Shown here: positions 1 through 9,460 of the stretch, piece by piece
Layout of the letters: the number at the start of each line of letters is the position of its first letter
How positions within the stretch are numbered: position 1 is the stretch's first letter
IMG/VR virus record: IMGVR_UViG_3300027708_000022
Span: 64,001 to 128,000 of that record
DNA from: a virus
Strand: one strand, 5' to 3'
DNA length: 64,000 bases
Position numbers and translations under genes: made by a program
The notes under the pieces: model-generated
What the model saw: only the letters and a program-made list of their open reading frames with translations
Database searches by the model: none
What the model was told of the DNA's origin: nothing

Positions 1-631
1 CATCAAACAATGCAGACATACCAGCAAATTCTGACTTGTCATAGTTGCGATAACCTTCAACATTACGAATCTTCAATTTGAAGTTAGCACCTTCCCACAT
101 ATCAAATGGGTTAACTGGTGATTCATCAGCAAATTCTGGATTCATTGCTTCGGAAATCTTATCGAAAATCTTTTTACCAAACTTATAGAGTTTGATTTGA
201 CCTTCGTTTTCTGGATTGCTTGGGTCAGAAAGAACCAAGATATTAGCCATGTAAGTCAACTTACGTTTCTGTTTACGGACAATCTCTTTGTTGGCTTCGA
301 TGCCTGAATTCCAAAGAGTGCTGTTGTGTTCACAGACAGGACATTTATCGTTTAATGTTGTCAAGCAGTTGTCAATAAACCAACCGCCAGGTCCCTGAAA
401 ACCATGACTGAAAGTACGAACCCAAGGAAGAGCATCATCACCGTCTACAGCAGGTGCAGGCAAGAAACGAATCTGTGCCATACCGTTACCTGATTTATCT
501 ACTGATGGTTGCCAAAGGCGGGTGTCATCTTTTGAACCGGCTTCTGAAGAACCGGATTGAGTATCGTTGATTGCTTTGGTGAGTTTGTCCAAAGAACTAC
601 GATCACGTTTTAAATTTGCGAAATTCGACAT
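1..631 (-). CDS. 32: T4-like single-stranded DNA-binding protein gp32 (3' end runs off the window)
   Basis: Manual translation from ATG at 631: MSNFANLKRDRSSLDKLTKAI...DDTRLWQPSVDKSGNGMAQIRFLPAP...HGFQGPGGWFIDNCLTTLNDKCPVCEHN...YKFGKKIFDKI; adjacent to gp59. Confidence 0.95.
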   Translation of the reverse strand, partial: MSNFANLKRDRSSLDKLTKAINDTQSGSSEAGSKDDTRLWQPSVDKSGNGMAQIRFLPAPAVDGDDALPWVRTFSHGFQGPGGWFIDNCLTTLNDKCPVCEHNSTLWNSGIEANKEIVRKQKRKLTYMANILVLSDPSNPENEGQIKLYKFGKKIFDKISEAMNPEFADESPVNPFDMWEGANFKLKIRNVEGYRNYDKSEFAGMSALFD

Positions 632-733
632 TTTTTATTACCTCGTATTTAATGTATGTTAATGTATATTTTTTATCCACATGATGCATGATATACTAGT
701 ATATATGCTTCTTCCAAGTGGGTGGATCACAAC

Positions 734-1327
734 TCATAATATAACCTTCTTCAAAATCAACTTGTATTTTACATCATCTAGCATAAGAAATGCGGCATAC
801 TTGGTCAATTTCATTTCATATTCTGGCCATCGGATAGTATCCGTAATTCTTTTGTTCCACATGGGCAAGAAATTAAGGATTCTGTTTAGGATGATTAGTG
901 TCTCTGGAGATATCTCTTTACGCAAAGCTTTAGTTAAGAGTACTGGATAGTCTCCATTCGTCACCAAAACATCGTTTGGATTCTTACAGACTGAGAACAA
1001 GTTTCTACATTCATTTTCAAAGGTATAAGACATTGATTGTATAACCTTCTGTCTTTGCCTATAGATAATTTCACACTCTTCACCTAGTAGAGTGCCAACC
1101 CAAACTTTGCTATCTTCCAAAAGATTAGCCACAAGAAAATTGATGTAATCATCTTTAATTGGATGTTTACGGGATAACTTGTAGAAGTGGAATTTATCCT
1201 TACGATTTTCAAACGTAATAACGCTGACGTTACTTTTCCCATTATATTTTAGATAGTCATAAGATTTTTGGGTAAAATGTAACTTGAGTCCGTTGTATAT
1301 AGAGAAGGCTTCATAACCTGTCATCAT
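734..1327 (-). CDS. 59: helicase loader gp59
   Basis: Y.GLKLHFT..SYDY.KYNGK...F..RKDK..FYKLSRK motif; gene order 33-59-32. Confidence 0.85.
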   Translation of the reverse strand: MMTGYEAFSIYNGLKLHFTQKSYDYLKYNGKSNVSVITFENRKDKFHFYKLSRKHPIKDDYINFLVANLLEDSKVWVGTLLGEECEIIYRQRQKVIQSMSYTFENECRNLFSVCKNPNDVLVTNGDYPVLLTKALRKEISPETLIILNRILNFLPMWNKRITDTIRWPEYEMKLTKYAAFLMLDDVKYKLILKKVIL

Positions 1328-1557
1328 ATTGGTAATCGTGGACTTTTATTCTTCAGTAAGTTAAATTCAATTGCATTACATTCAATTTTGCCTTTAAGGT
1401 TGGCGTTAATTAATGTTGATGCTACCTCGATTTCCAATCCAGTCTTTCTACAGTATTCAACGATAGCCTCAATGTAATTGTAGTCGGTACCAGAAACCAT
1501 TTTTTCAATCTCTACTGCAAACTTCATCATTTCATCCTTAGTTGGCATTATTTTCAC
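1324..1557 (-). CDS. 33: late transcription coactivator gp33
   Basis: IEKMV...NYIEAIVEYC....LEIE....LI...LK.KIE..A..FNLLK; T4 synteny. Confidence 0.85.
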   Translation of the reverse strand: MKIMPTKDEMMKFAVEIEKMVSGTDYNYIEAIVEYCRKTGLEIEVASTLINANLKGKIECNAIEFNLLKNKSPRLPI

Positions 1558-1826
1558 TTAACAATTGTTTCATATAACGATTCAAATTGTTCATGAGTAG
1601 CAACTTCTTCATCAAAGTTTTGTCTATGATAAACCTTAACTAATTTGCTAACCAATCGTTTAGGTAATTGCAGGTCTTTTGCAATGGCGGCTACAGACTC
1701 TTTGATATAGTCCTTTTCACCTTCCATTCGTGTCATTGCACCAGAACATTCTTTGAGAACATCCAACAATTTCTTTTGATCTGCTGGATTAGAAATCTGA
1801 TTAACACTCAATTGTACTACAGCCAT
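1554..1826 (-). CDS. dsbA: T4-like dsDNA-binding protein DsbA
   Basis: 90 aa with KLVKVYHRQNFDEE motif, immediately upstream of gp33 as in T4. Confidence 0.75.
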   Translation of the reverse strand: MAVVQLSVNQISNPADQKKLLDVLKECSGAMTRMEGEKDYIKESVAAIAKDLQLPKRLVSKLVKVYHRQNFDEEVATHEQFESLYETIVK

Positions 1827-1861
1827 AATATAACTCCTGTTTAATTATAAAAAAAATATGA

Positions 1862-2512
1862 TTAGTCCCAAAGACCTTCGTAATACTTACCAAACAGGCG
1901 AAATCCGTTTTCTTTGCGCTTTTGCCAAGCCTTTAAACCAACCCAATCTACCTTGAGTTTACTTTGATAGTTACTATCATTATCCCAAGGAAATTTATCA
2001 TCACATTCAGAGTGGTCAAAAAATCTACCTTCGGCATCATCATCAACTTTCTGTTCAAATGCCCAAATCATTTCATCAAGAACCCATTCCCATCGAGCAT
2101 GAATATTTGGATAATCATCGTCATATGATTTATCTTCTTTATAAAAATCAAAGACGGATTGTTCTTCATACTCTTGTGTACCTGTTGTACGCAGGTGCTC
2201 AGGAACATCCTCAAGGTCAACAAAAGGTGAACCGTGTTTGGTTGCTTTAAGCTGCTTAAGCATTGGTAAAATGATTGGTGCTAGAGTGCTATCCATACTC
2301 CAAGTATCCCAATAATCAATCTTCGCATAGTCGATCTTTGGATGTACTACATCAAGGACTTTTCGGAGAGCTTCACAGATTGGATTTAGGCGGTCAGACC
2401 ACTTATCAATAAGCGGTTCTTTATAGTCAATCTCACGCCAGAAGAATACTTTCTCCAGTATGGTGTAAGGACTTAACCAATGGTTTCGGTATTTGTTGCT
2501 ATACACACGCAT
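1862..2512 (-). CDS. hypothetical phage protein
   Basis: 216-aa ORF; DTWSMDSTLAPIILPMLKQLK...W.WVLDEMIWAFE...GFRLFGKYY. Confidence 0.7.
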   Translation of the reverse strand: MRVYSNKYRNHWLSPYTILEKVFFWREIDYKEPLIDKWSDRLNPICEALRKVLDVVHPKIDYAKIDYWDTWSMDSTLAPIILPMLKQLKATKHGSPFVDLEDVPEHLRTTGTQEYEEQSVFDFYKEDKSYDDDYPNIHARWEWVLDEMIWAFEQKVDDDAEGRFFDHSECDDKFPWDNDSNYQSKLKVDWVGLKAWQKRKENGFRLFGKYYEGLWD

Positions 2513-2576
2513 TATTTTTTATCCTTACAAAAATTGAAATGACAGTTTTTCAACAGAACTGCCAAACTGAATTAAA

Positions 2577-3023
2577 TTAGAACTTGTACTTGATACCCGC
2601 AGTGATGACACTACCATTAAATCGAGTAACGCCAGATTCAGCATATTGATATGCATAGTCAAGTGTTCCTGCAACCGACTTTGTAAATGGTACAGTCAAA
2701 CCGAGACCAACAGTCCCTGCTGAACCACTTGTAGCGCTTTGATTGTTGAGGTATACATAACCAACTTTACCAGCAACTACCAAACTGTTCGTAGTATATA
2801 AATCATATGAGCCAGTAAGAGACCAACGATTCTGAGTAGAACCATTTAACCATGCTTGACCATATCCAGCTTCTAAACCTAGTTTGTCAAATTTCTGACC
2901 AGCGGTAACACCAGCTAAACCACCTGATGCACTACCAGTAACAGCACCACCATTAACACCAACTTCAAAAGCAGCTACGTTAAATGCTGCCAAAAGTGTT
3001 GCAATCAAAAGTACTTTTTTCAT
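2577..3023 (-). CDS. outer-membrane beta-barrel protein (OmpA-membrane/Ail/Lom-like)
   Basis: Signal peptide MKKVLLIATLLAAFNVAA, alternating beta strands, C-terminal AGIKYKF beta-signal. Confidence 0.75.
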   Translation of the reverse strand: MKKVLLIATLLAAFNVAAFEVGVNGGAVTGSASGGLAGVTAGQKFDKLGLEAGYGQAWLNGSTQNRWSLTGSYDLYTTNSLVVAGKVGYVYLNNQSATSGSAGTVGLGLTVPFTKSVAGTLDYAYQYAESGVTRFNGSVITAGIKYKF

Positions 3024-3095
3024 TTATAAACTCCAAAGTTAATAAGAATGTTAGGTTATTATGATACAGGGTCAACCTAACAAAAACCCAACAAA

Positions 3096-3332
3096 TTATT
3101 TCGAATCAATAAATTTATAAAGTTTGTTTGCTTTTTCTAGAATCTTTTCTTCTGTTGGAAAATCAGGAAATCCAGGATGTGATGGTGGTGTAGTATTATT
3201 TTCCCGAGCGGTGGTAACCTGTGTATGAAAATTCTCATCAATTACCTGTCGTTTGCCATAATATTCATCATTAAGCATTCCTGCGGCCATCTTCAAAACT
3301 TCTAAACGCACTTCATATGGATTTAAACTCAT
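3096..3332 (-). CDS. hypothetical protein
   Basis: 78-aa ORF with GGAG RBS; NPYEVRLEVLKMA...FPTEEKILEKANKLYKFI. Confidence 0.7.
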   Translation of the reverse strand: MSLNPYEVRLEVLKMAAGMLNDEYYGKRQVIDENFHTQVTTARENNTTPPSHPGFPDFPTEEKILEKANKLYKFIDSK

Positions 3333-3371
3333 TTTACTTCTCCTTAGTGTGTGTAACTACTGTGTGTGTAA

Positions 3372-3665
3372 AGCGATAGTTGATTCTGTTTCCAAGTTCA
3401 ACTATCAAAACTCAGATGGTTATGCTTACGCAGCCATCAAAAAGCGATTATCGTTTGCTTTTATAGTTTTTTACTTTTAGCGACTATCTGTGTCGAGTTG
3501 TCCATTCCGTTACTTGTTGCCCAATCGAAACCTGGTCAGCCCATCAAAAGCATACTCGATCGTTTCCTGTCTTATCAATCTTATGACACCAAGTATGCTT
3601 TTGGTGGAGCTGGAGGGAATCGAACCCTCGTCTTGAACACTTTTCTCTTTACTTCATACAACTAT
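3372..3665 (-). ncRNA. ssrA: circularly permuted (two-piece) tmRNA, tag ANDNRFLMAA*
   Basis: The acceptor piece GACGAGGGTTCGATTCCCTCCAGCTCCACCA (3632-3602) lies upstream of the 5' piece TGGGCTGACCAGGTTTCGA (from 3543); G3:U70 pair retained; tag GCA AAC GAT AAT CGC TTT TTG ATG GCT GCG TAA at 3458-3426; ends approximate. Confidence 0.9.
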
Positions 3666-3671
3666 ACAACC

Positions 3672-3700
3672 ATTATATATCACTTCACGATTTTAGTCAA
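3672..3700 (-). promoter_or_regulatory. sigma70-type promoter of tmRNA
   Basis: TTGACT-17 nt-TATAAT directly upstream of the acceptor piece. Confidence 0.8.
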
Positions 3701-4360
3701 TGGTGAATTCGCTAAAAACGACAATAATTGGGTACGGTACATATACTTTTGCCTAACAAAGATTTGTGGTTGCCCGCCTTCTACTGCAATGGCAACAACT
3801 ATAGTATCAATTGTTTTGTTAGTTAATTCCTCAAACATTTCAGCATAAGCCGTACATTGTAGGAAATAATTTAGAATGTTTTCTTCCAACTTTTCTTTTG
3901 ATGAGGACTTATAATCTATGATTGATAACCTTTTATTCCATTCTGCAATAGTATCAACACGACCAGCAATTCTCAGCTTGTCAGAATAAAGTGGTTGTTC
4001 AATTGCATATATCTTACCGATATTTTTATCCAATTCAGGACGCAATTGAAAAAACAACTCTTTAATATTTGGCATCATATTGCGAATTTTTAAATCACTC
4101 ATTTCATTGAGCAAATATTTTTCACAAGCCAAATGCAATGCTTCACCTCGGCGTGAGGCACGACCTGATACTTTATTGGCTTCTTCTTCACCAACTCGGT
4201 TACGCCATGCATCAATAGCACCTTTGTTCATAGACCCAAGTACTGTTGTTACTGACGGGTATGCTTTGCCTGAAGGTGTATAATATAACCGACCAGATTC
4301 TGTTGTCTTTGCTTCCATCTCAAAATCTAATTCAGGTAACTTCTCATGTGTGAAAATCAT
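3680..4360 (-). CDS. PD-(D/E)XK exonuclease
   Basis: YPSVTTVL, GEALH, IEQPLYS, AGRVD, IIDYKSS, QCTAYA motifs. Confidence 0.85.
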   Translation of the reverse strand: MIFTHEKLPELDFEMEAKTTESGRLYYTPSGKAYPSVTTVLGSMNKGAIDAWRNRVGEEEANKVSGRASRRGEALHLACEKYLLNEMSDLKIRNMMPNIKELFFQLRPELDKNIGKIYAIEQPLYSDKLRIAGRVDTIAEWNKRLSIIDYKSSSKEKLEENILNYFLQCTAYAEMFEELTNKTIDTIVVAIAVEGGQPQIFVRQKYMYRTQLLSFLANSPLTKIVK

Positions 4361-4680
4361 CTATTTCTTGTTCTTTTAGTAATGCGGTCAACGTGCTTTT
4401 TAACTACTTGTGAGGTTCTAACTTCTTTGATAGATTTTTTATAATATCTTTCACCAACGGTACTGCTAGGGTGTGCCTCTGCAACCTTTGATAAAACTTC
4501 TTTCCATCCATCACCAGCCTTTTGGTCTGGAGTTCCACCTGAAGATGAAACGATAGCAGGTGCTGTCATCACAGTTTCAATATGTGGATTTTCAAGAAGA
4601 TACTTTTCTCTTTCTGATATCTTCATAAAAGATTCAAAAACTTCACTTGTCTTGGTATCAATAAATCTATAAGTTGGCAT
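4357..4680 (-). CDS. FmdB-like small regulatory protein
   Basis: Likely start MPTYRFIDTKT at 4680; GWKEVLSKVAEAHP motif. Confidence 0.55.
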   Translation of the reverse strand: MPTYRFIDTKTSEVFESFMKISEREKYLLENPHIETVMTAPAIVSSSGGTPDQKAGDGWKEVLSKVAEAHPSSTVGERYYKKSIKEVRTSQVVKKHVDRITKRTRNR

Positions 4681-5230
4681 TAAACCACTCCGGTACAGGA
4701 CGACTATTAACCTTGCCTTTCCATGATGCAAGGTGTTGCTTATTACTTATGTAATAATTCCTGTAGGATGCCAAAGAATTACCTGCAATTTTAACATCAT
4801 CAGGCATAGCAGTTGTAGGTTCTGTGAAACCAGTAAGTGCAATATTATCAGGTACCATATCATGTAACATCTGTACTAATCCATCACGCTCACATTTATG
4901 GACTTTACCATAGCGATAGGTATATTCTTTACATAATTCAACTAAAAGGTTTGATAACCAAAAATAGTTACCAACAGAATGTCTCACCCAAACAGCGGAA
5001 GGATGATTAATGTGAGTTGCACTATACATAACAGATTCACGAGCATCCGGTAAAATCCATCTTTTGACATTGCGACCAGTAAAAGATTTTTGTACAGATT
5101 CATCACCATCTAAAACTCGATGAGCAGTGGAAAGAAGCTGACAATATTCTAATATCATTTTAATGGTGTGTTTGTCATTGTGCATTTCGGCACAAAGCTT
5201 AGGATCATGGTGTAAGTAAAAAATGTTCAC
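4667..5230 (-). CDS. pyrimidine-dimer DNA glycosylase (DenV-like family)
   Basis: GTG start, NIFYLHHDP..CAEMHNDKH.IKMILEYCQLLSTAH; THINHPSAVWVR; YRNYY. Confidence 0.7.
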   Translation of the reverse strand: MNIFYLHHDPKLCAEMHNDKHTIKMILEYCQLLSTAHRVLDGDESVQKSFTGRNVKRWILPDARESVMYSATHINHPSAVWVRHSVGNYFWLSNLLVELCKEYTYRYGKVHKCERDGLVQMLHDMVPDNIALTGFTEPTTAMPDDVKIAGNSLASYRNYYISNKQHLASWKGKVNSRPVPEWFNANL

Positions 5231-5372
5231 TTCGCTTGAACCCACTTACGAACAACATCGGTCAAACCTTGATGGTCATAGATTGGGGTAACACTCGGTT
5301 GGAAAACATCAAACATTTTTTTCCATAGAATCTGATAATTAAAATGATACATTTGAAATCCTATTGCGTGGG

Positions 5373-5765
5373 TTAAACTGATTCTTCAATTTTAGTAACT
5401 GTAATTGTTTCAGGTTCTTCGGCCTTAGGCAATTCGGTTGCTTTCAACTCTTGCAAACTAGCAACAGGTTTTTCTGCTGTAGTATTGTGTATGCCAGCAC
5501 GGCGCATATATTGTTTCAATTCATCAACATTCACTAGCTGGTAGCCAGCAACTTTACGACCGTCTTTGATAACTTTAATTATACCACGCATTTTTGTTTT
5601 GATTGCCCACATATAGGTCGACAATTTATACATTTGAATTTGGTCACCCAAGAGGATCCCAATTTCTTCCGTTGTTACAACCTTACCAGAAATCATTACA
5701 GTTAATACTTTTTGGGTATGATTCAACCTAACTGTTTTTACTTTTGCCATTATATAAAACTCCAA
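5373..5765 (-). CDS. hypothetical protein
   Basis: ORF track; upstream TTGACT..TACCAT promoter-like site. Confidence 0.6.
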   Translation of the reverse strand: MEFYIMAKVKTVRLNHTQKVLTVMISGKVVTTEEIGILLGDQIQMYKLSTYMWAIKTKMRGIIKVIKDGRKVAGYQLVNVDELKQYMRRAGIHNTTAEKPVASLQELKATELPKAEEPETITVTKIEESV

Positions 5766-5829
5766 TTTAATTATTAATAACTACCATGGTATCACAATAC
5801 TGCCTGTAAGTCAAGCAGTCTTTCGGCAA

Positions 5830-6057
5830 TCATCGGTAATATACCGAAAAACGATTGGCGAAATCTTTCAGGCAATCCTGCATACGTTGATGGCGTGGCC
5901 GAATATCAGAAAAGCAGGTTCGTGGCCCACGATACCGAATTCGGAACTTCTTGCCTTTTTTACGCAATAGCGTTTTCACTTCATCAAGGTATTCAATAGG
6001 AACATTTTTGTACCGTGCCATTTCACGATAATTCACGAAAGGGGATAAATTCATCAT
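5830..6057 (-). CDS. hypothetical basic protein
   Basis: ORF track; coupled to upstream gene. Confidence 0.55.
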   Translation of the reverse strand: MMNLSPFVNYREMARYKNVPIEYLDEVKTLLRKKGKKFRIRYRGPRTCFSDIRPRHQRMQDCLKDFANRFSVYYR

Positions 6058-6857
6058 GCCGCCATTGTCATCATAATTGTTGGAAACTTAGGAATCGGCA
6101 TAAACTTGCTAAATGCCGATGGACCGTTAGGAACATATTTCACAAAACCGGATGTATCTTTTTTGGCTTTGCCTTTTGCATACAGACCAACAACAACATC
6201 TTTAGGATCCAAGAAACGGAGGTCGGATTCATCACCGTTAAACACAGGAGTGTCCATGTAAAATTCAGGCATCGGTACCGTTTTCTTGAGACCGAAAACT
6301 GTAGCTACATTATAACCTTCGAACATAGCACGGTTAACATCAACGTCATTACCGTCAGCTGCCGAAAACGTCAGATGGTAATTTTTAAAAGCTTTCACTT
6401 TACGACCAAGAACCTTGGTGTAATCGTAGAATTGTATTTCAGGAAATGCCATGAAAACATTGGTGTATGATTGTTCATTCACCAGAACCTCATACTTCTC
6501 CCATGAAAGGTCAGAAGTACCGTTCAAACGGAAAACAGGAATCAGACCTTTTTTTGCAGCCTGCTTAATTCCTAATTGAATGTCTTTTACCAACAAATTC
6601 ATAAATGTAATACGATCCTCGAAAAACATTTTTGTTTTACGGATTCTTGCTTTTTGAATCATGTTAGTGGTTTCGCCTTTTTTGAACATACCGCCACGAC
6701 CGGCAGTATTCAAGCAAGCAGAAGTGCATCCAACGGTTGCTTTTGGACAAGTGTTATGTCCCGATAAATCAGCAGGTGCTAAATGCAAGATAAAAGTCAA
6801 ATATCCAACTGATTGACCTTTGAGGGTCTTGGGATTGCCCGTAGATAATAATTTCAA
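6054..6857 (-). CDS. GP88-like Cys-motif protein
   Basis: LHLAPA....NTCP.AT.GC..ACLNTAGRG, FRLNGTSD, FYDYTK, GDESDLRFLD. Confidence 0.7.
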   Translation of the reverse strand: MKLLSTGNPKTLKGQSVGYLTFILHLAPADLSGHNTCPKATVGCTSACLNTAGRGGMFKKGETTNMIQKARIRKTKMFFEDRITFMNLLVKDIQLGIKQAAKKGLIPVFRLNGTSDLSWEKYEVLVNEQSYTNVFMAFPEIQFYDYTKVLGRKVKAFKNYHLTFSAADGNDVDVNRAMFEGYNVATVFGLKKTVPMPEFYMDTPVFNGDESDLRFLDPKDVVVGLYAKGKAKKDTSGFVKYVPNGPSAFSKFMPIPKFPTIMMTMAA

Positions 6858-6887
6858 AATACTTCCTTTTTCTAATCAACAGGTACC

Positions 6888-6972
6888 ATTATACACGAAC
6901 CAAGGCAGGTGTCAAGGATTATCTGGTAGTGTTGTAAAAAAACAACATACATAATGTTGTAAAAAAACAACA
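6888..6972 (-). promoter_or_regulatory. early promoter cassette (TTGACA-16-TATAAT) with two TGTTG-N8-CAACA palindromes
   Basis: -35 at 6915-6910, -10 at 6893-6888; tgttgtaaaaaaacaaca at ~6929 and ~6955. Confidence 0.8.
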
Positions 6973-7326
6973 CTATCTCCGCATCGTTGCCTGGTCTCTT
7001 GCTTCTTCCTCTGTAAAGATAGGAACTGCATTGGACTTGTGTAGCGTGCCTATCCCCATCATTTTAGATCCTGTGTATACGACCCCCTTAACTTCTTTGG
7101 TCGCCGTTCCTACAGACGTTCCTACAGAGGGATAGACGGGGGTTTTGCGACTAGCTAAAACAACCCCAAGATTAGGTCGTTTAGTAGATACTAAAGACTT
7201 TTTAGACTTGGTAAAGTTAGTCTTAATACTATTGATTTCTTTAAGCCAATCATTATATTCTGCCATTTCTTTTTTGGTTTTATTTTTAATAAACTTTTTT
7301 GGCGATTTTGTACTAGTATAAATCAT
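6973..7326 (-). CDS. hypothetical protein
   Basis: YTG..MMGIGTLHKSNAVPIF motif typical of T4-like phages. Confidence 0.65.
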   Translation of the reverse strand: MIYTSTKSPKKFIKNKTKKEMAEYNDWLKEINSIKTNFTKSKKSLVSTKRPNLGVVLASRKTPVYPSVGTSVGTATKEVKGVVYTGSKMMGIGTLHKSNAVPIFTEEEARDQATMRR

Positions 7327-7727
7327 AATGAATCCTTCACAGCATCAACGTGTTTGCATTTACCGCGGTAACCAAAGCCAACGCAGCTGCATGAAAAATA
7401 ACGGTTATCCGTAACTTCTACGGTATAATTTTTATCGTTTGAATTTACATTAAATAATTGGACATTTTTAGGAATAATACGTTTAGTATTATCCTTCGTT
7501 TCATCTTTTATTAATTTTGATAATCCATCATGTTGGATTTTGATAAACTTCCGCCTAGATTTACTAAATTCTAGCGGTGTTTTTAATTGATTAATAATAG
7601 TATCTCCCTCTTTAATATAGGCGATTAATTTGCCTTTATTGTTGAGCAAGTAGGTATTATTAGGGACGTTATACTCGCAGTCCCAAACGGTGATTTCTTT
7701 TATAATTTCCATACCACCATTATACAC
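7323..7727 (-). CDS. SWIM zinc-finger protein
   Basis: C-terminal CSCVGFGYRGKCKH; true start may be ~7712. Confidence 0.65.
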   Translation of the reverse strand: MYNGGMEIIKEITVWDCEYNVPNNTYLLNNKGKLIAYIKEGDTIINQLKTPLEFSKSRRKFIKIQHDGLSKLIKDETKDNTKRIIPKNVQLFNVNSNDKNYTVEVTDNRYFSCSCVGFGYRGKCKHVDAVKDSL

Positions 7728-8088
7728 TAATGATGGTAGGTGTCAAGGTTTATTCCTAGTAATGTTGTTTTTCTACAACACTACCCTTGGAGTAGTTGCT
7801 TCTCTCCGGATTCTCTCAGGTCTTCCTCAAATGCGTATAATTTCAGGCGATTCAATTCACGGCGCATGGATTCCAAGTCACCAATGTTTTCAGCAATCAA
7901 TGCTTCTAGCTTAGCAATTTTCATTTCGATTTCTTTAACTAGCATTTTTTTCCTCATCTTTAAGCATACGATACGTTGCTTTATCTTTGTGTTTCTTACG
8001 AAACTGTTTAAGGGTTTCTCTATCTATATTTTTTTTAAACTTAGATTTTTGAGTTTTTTCAATCTTAGAACCACCGACTATCATGTTA

Positions 8089-8667
8089 CTAACCTAAAAT
8101 ATGGTCTGCAATATTTAACTTAATCAATTCCTTGGCCGTTAGATATGCATCACTTGGTCCAAGGAGTTTTGATTTAATAGTACGAGATTCCAGACCGGAT
8201 GCACCTCGTAAAATTTCCATCATTCGTTCGTTACAATATTCGGCTTCTTTCATTGCTGCTTTGATATCATGGTATTTGCCTTCCATAACATCTGAAAATT
8301 GATGACACATGATACCGGTGTTCGGTGATATGTATCGTTTACCTTTTGTGCCACAAGCAAAAATTAGAAATGCTGCGGACATAATTGATCCTGTGCCAAT
8401 AGTAACAATAGGGTATTGGCTAGTACGCATAATATCAATCAAAGCAAATGCTTGATATAACTCACCACCCATTGAATTGATATACAACTTCAATTCTTTA
8501 CCCTTTACATAATCACACATATTTTCATACATAATCCATTGTATAACTTTCTTTATGTTATCTTCCGCAATATCACCGGAAAGATAGTGTGTACTATTTT
8601 CTAAAAACTTCAGCTGAATCTTATCTTCCGCTGGCAAAAACTCTTCTTGTACATAACTGTGCTTCAT
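8089..8667 (-). CDS. ClpP-like protease subunit
   Basis: LYINSMGG, IMSAAF (catalytic Ser), IMCHQ (His), YLTAKELIKLNIADHI. Confidence 0.85.
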   Translation of the reverse strand: MKHSYVQEEFLPAEDKIQLKFLENSTHYLSGDIAEDNIKKVIQWIMYENMCDYVKGKELKLYINSMGGELYQAFALIDIMRTSQYPIVTIGTGSIMSAAFLIFACGTKGKRYISPNTGIMCHQFSDVMEGKYHDIKAAMKEAEYCNERMMEILRGASGLESRTIKSKLLGPSDAYLTAKELIKLNIADHILG

Positions 8668-8710
8668 TCTTTTCCTATCACTTTTGATTATTTAGATTTT
8701 AAAGAAATCA

Positions 8711-9457
8711 TTAAGTTAAAATTGTAATTCCTGGACCGACACTCATTGGTGTTCTGTTTGATAACCATGGGAAACTTCCATTATACTTCTCACTATTAAT
8801 CCTGTTACCTTCTTCAAAAAACTCTTTGGTAACGGAGTTTGGATTTCCATCTAATCGGTAATTCATTGTGTATGCATTGGTACAAGCAAACTTTGGAAAA
8901 TGACTTTTCAGGTTGCTAAAGAATTGTCTATCAGCACCCCATTGTGCGTACCATGCATGACCAATTTTAACAGCAACATCACACTTAACTGCAAACGATG
9001 AGGTGTCGATATGATGTACTTGGTCATTAAAGTATACTGGCCACTTACCTAGTGATTCACAATTGTCATCACAGAGGTAATTGCCATCTTTGTCGTATAT
9101 CTTTCTTAGGGAATAAGCCCAATCATTACCTTCTTTAATTTTGTTAATTAGTTTTTCCACATGACATGGATCATACCAATTGTCCTCATCAAGGTAACAA
9201 ATGATATCAGCATTAACAAGGAAGGAACAGGCAGCGTATACACGATGCCCATACCAGCCCTTGCCAACATTTTCTTCTAGAATAATACTACGCACATTTT
9301 TAAGGCCGTTTAATTCCATTTGGACATCCAGGTGATGCTCTTTACCGTCCGTGAATACATAGTGAACCAAATTTTGGTATGTTTGGTTGTTGACACTCAA
9401 CAAACAATCTTTTAATTCTTTTTTACAAATTGTGGGAGTTACGACAGCTACTTTCAT
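8711..9457 (-). CDS. glycosyltransferase family 2
   Basis: VAVVTPT...SVNNQTY...DG; YLDEDNW DxD-type motif; GADR. Confidence 0.8.
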   Translation of the reverse strand: MKVAVVTPTICKKELKDCLLSVNNQTYQNLVHYVFTDGKEHHLDVQMELNGLKNVRSIILEENVGKGWYGHRVYAACSFLVNADIICYLDEDNWYDPCHVEKLINKIKEGNDWAYSLRKIYDKDGNYLCDDNCESLGKWPVYFNDQVHHIDTSSFAVKCDVAVKIGHAWYAQWGADRQFFSNLKSHFPKFACTNAYTMNYRLDGNPNSVTKEFFEEGNRINSEKYNGSFPWLSNRTPMSVGPGITILT

Positions 9458-9460
9458 AAT

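Noticed and set aside
2541-3090. Hairpins after the 2577 and 3096 stop codons as a repeat family or terminators
   Set aside because: Little sequence similarity beyond a GTTT lead-in and no 3' U-tract on the coding strand; too weak to call.
3498-3848. Plus-strand 116-aa ORF
   Set aside because: Antisense to the tmRNA and the exonuclease; no RBS or recognisable motif.
3680-4360. Cas4 as evidence of a CRISPR system
   Set aside because: Lacks the Fe-S cysteine pattern and any cas context; it fits an ordinary phage PD-(D/E)XK exonuclease.
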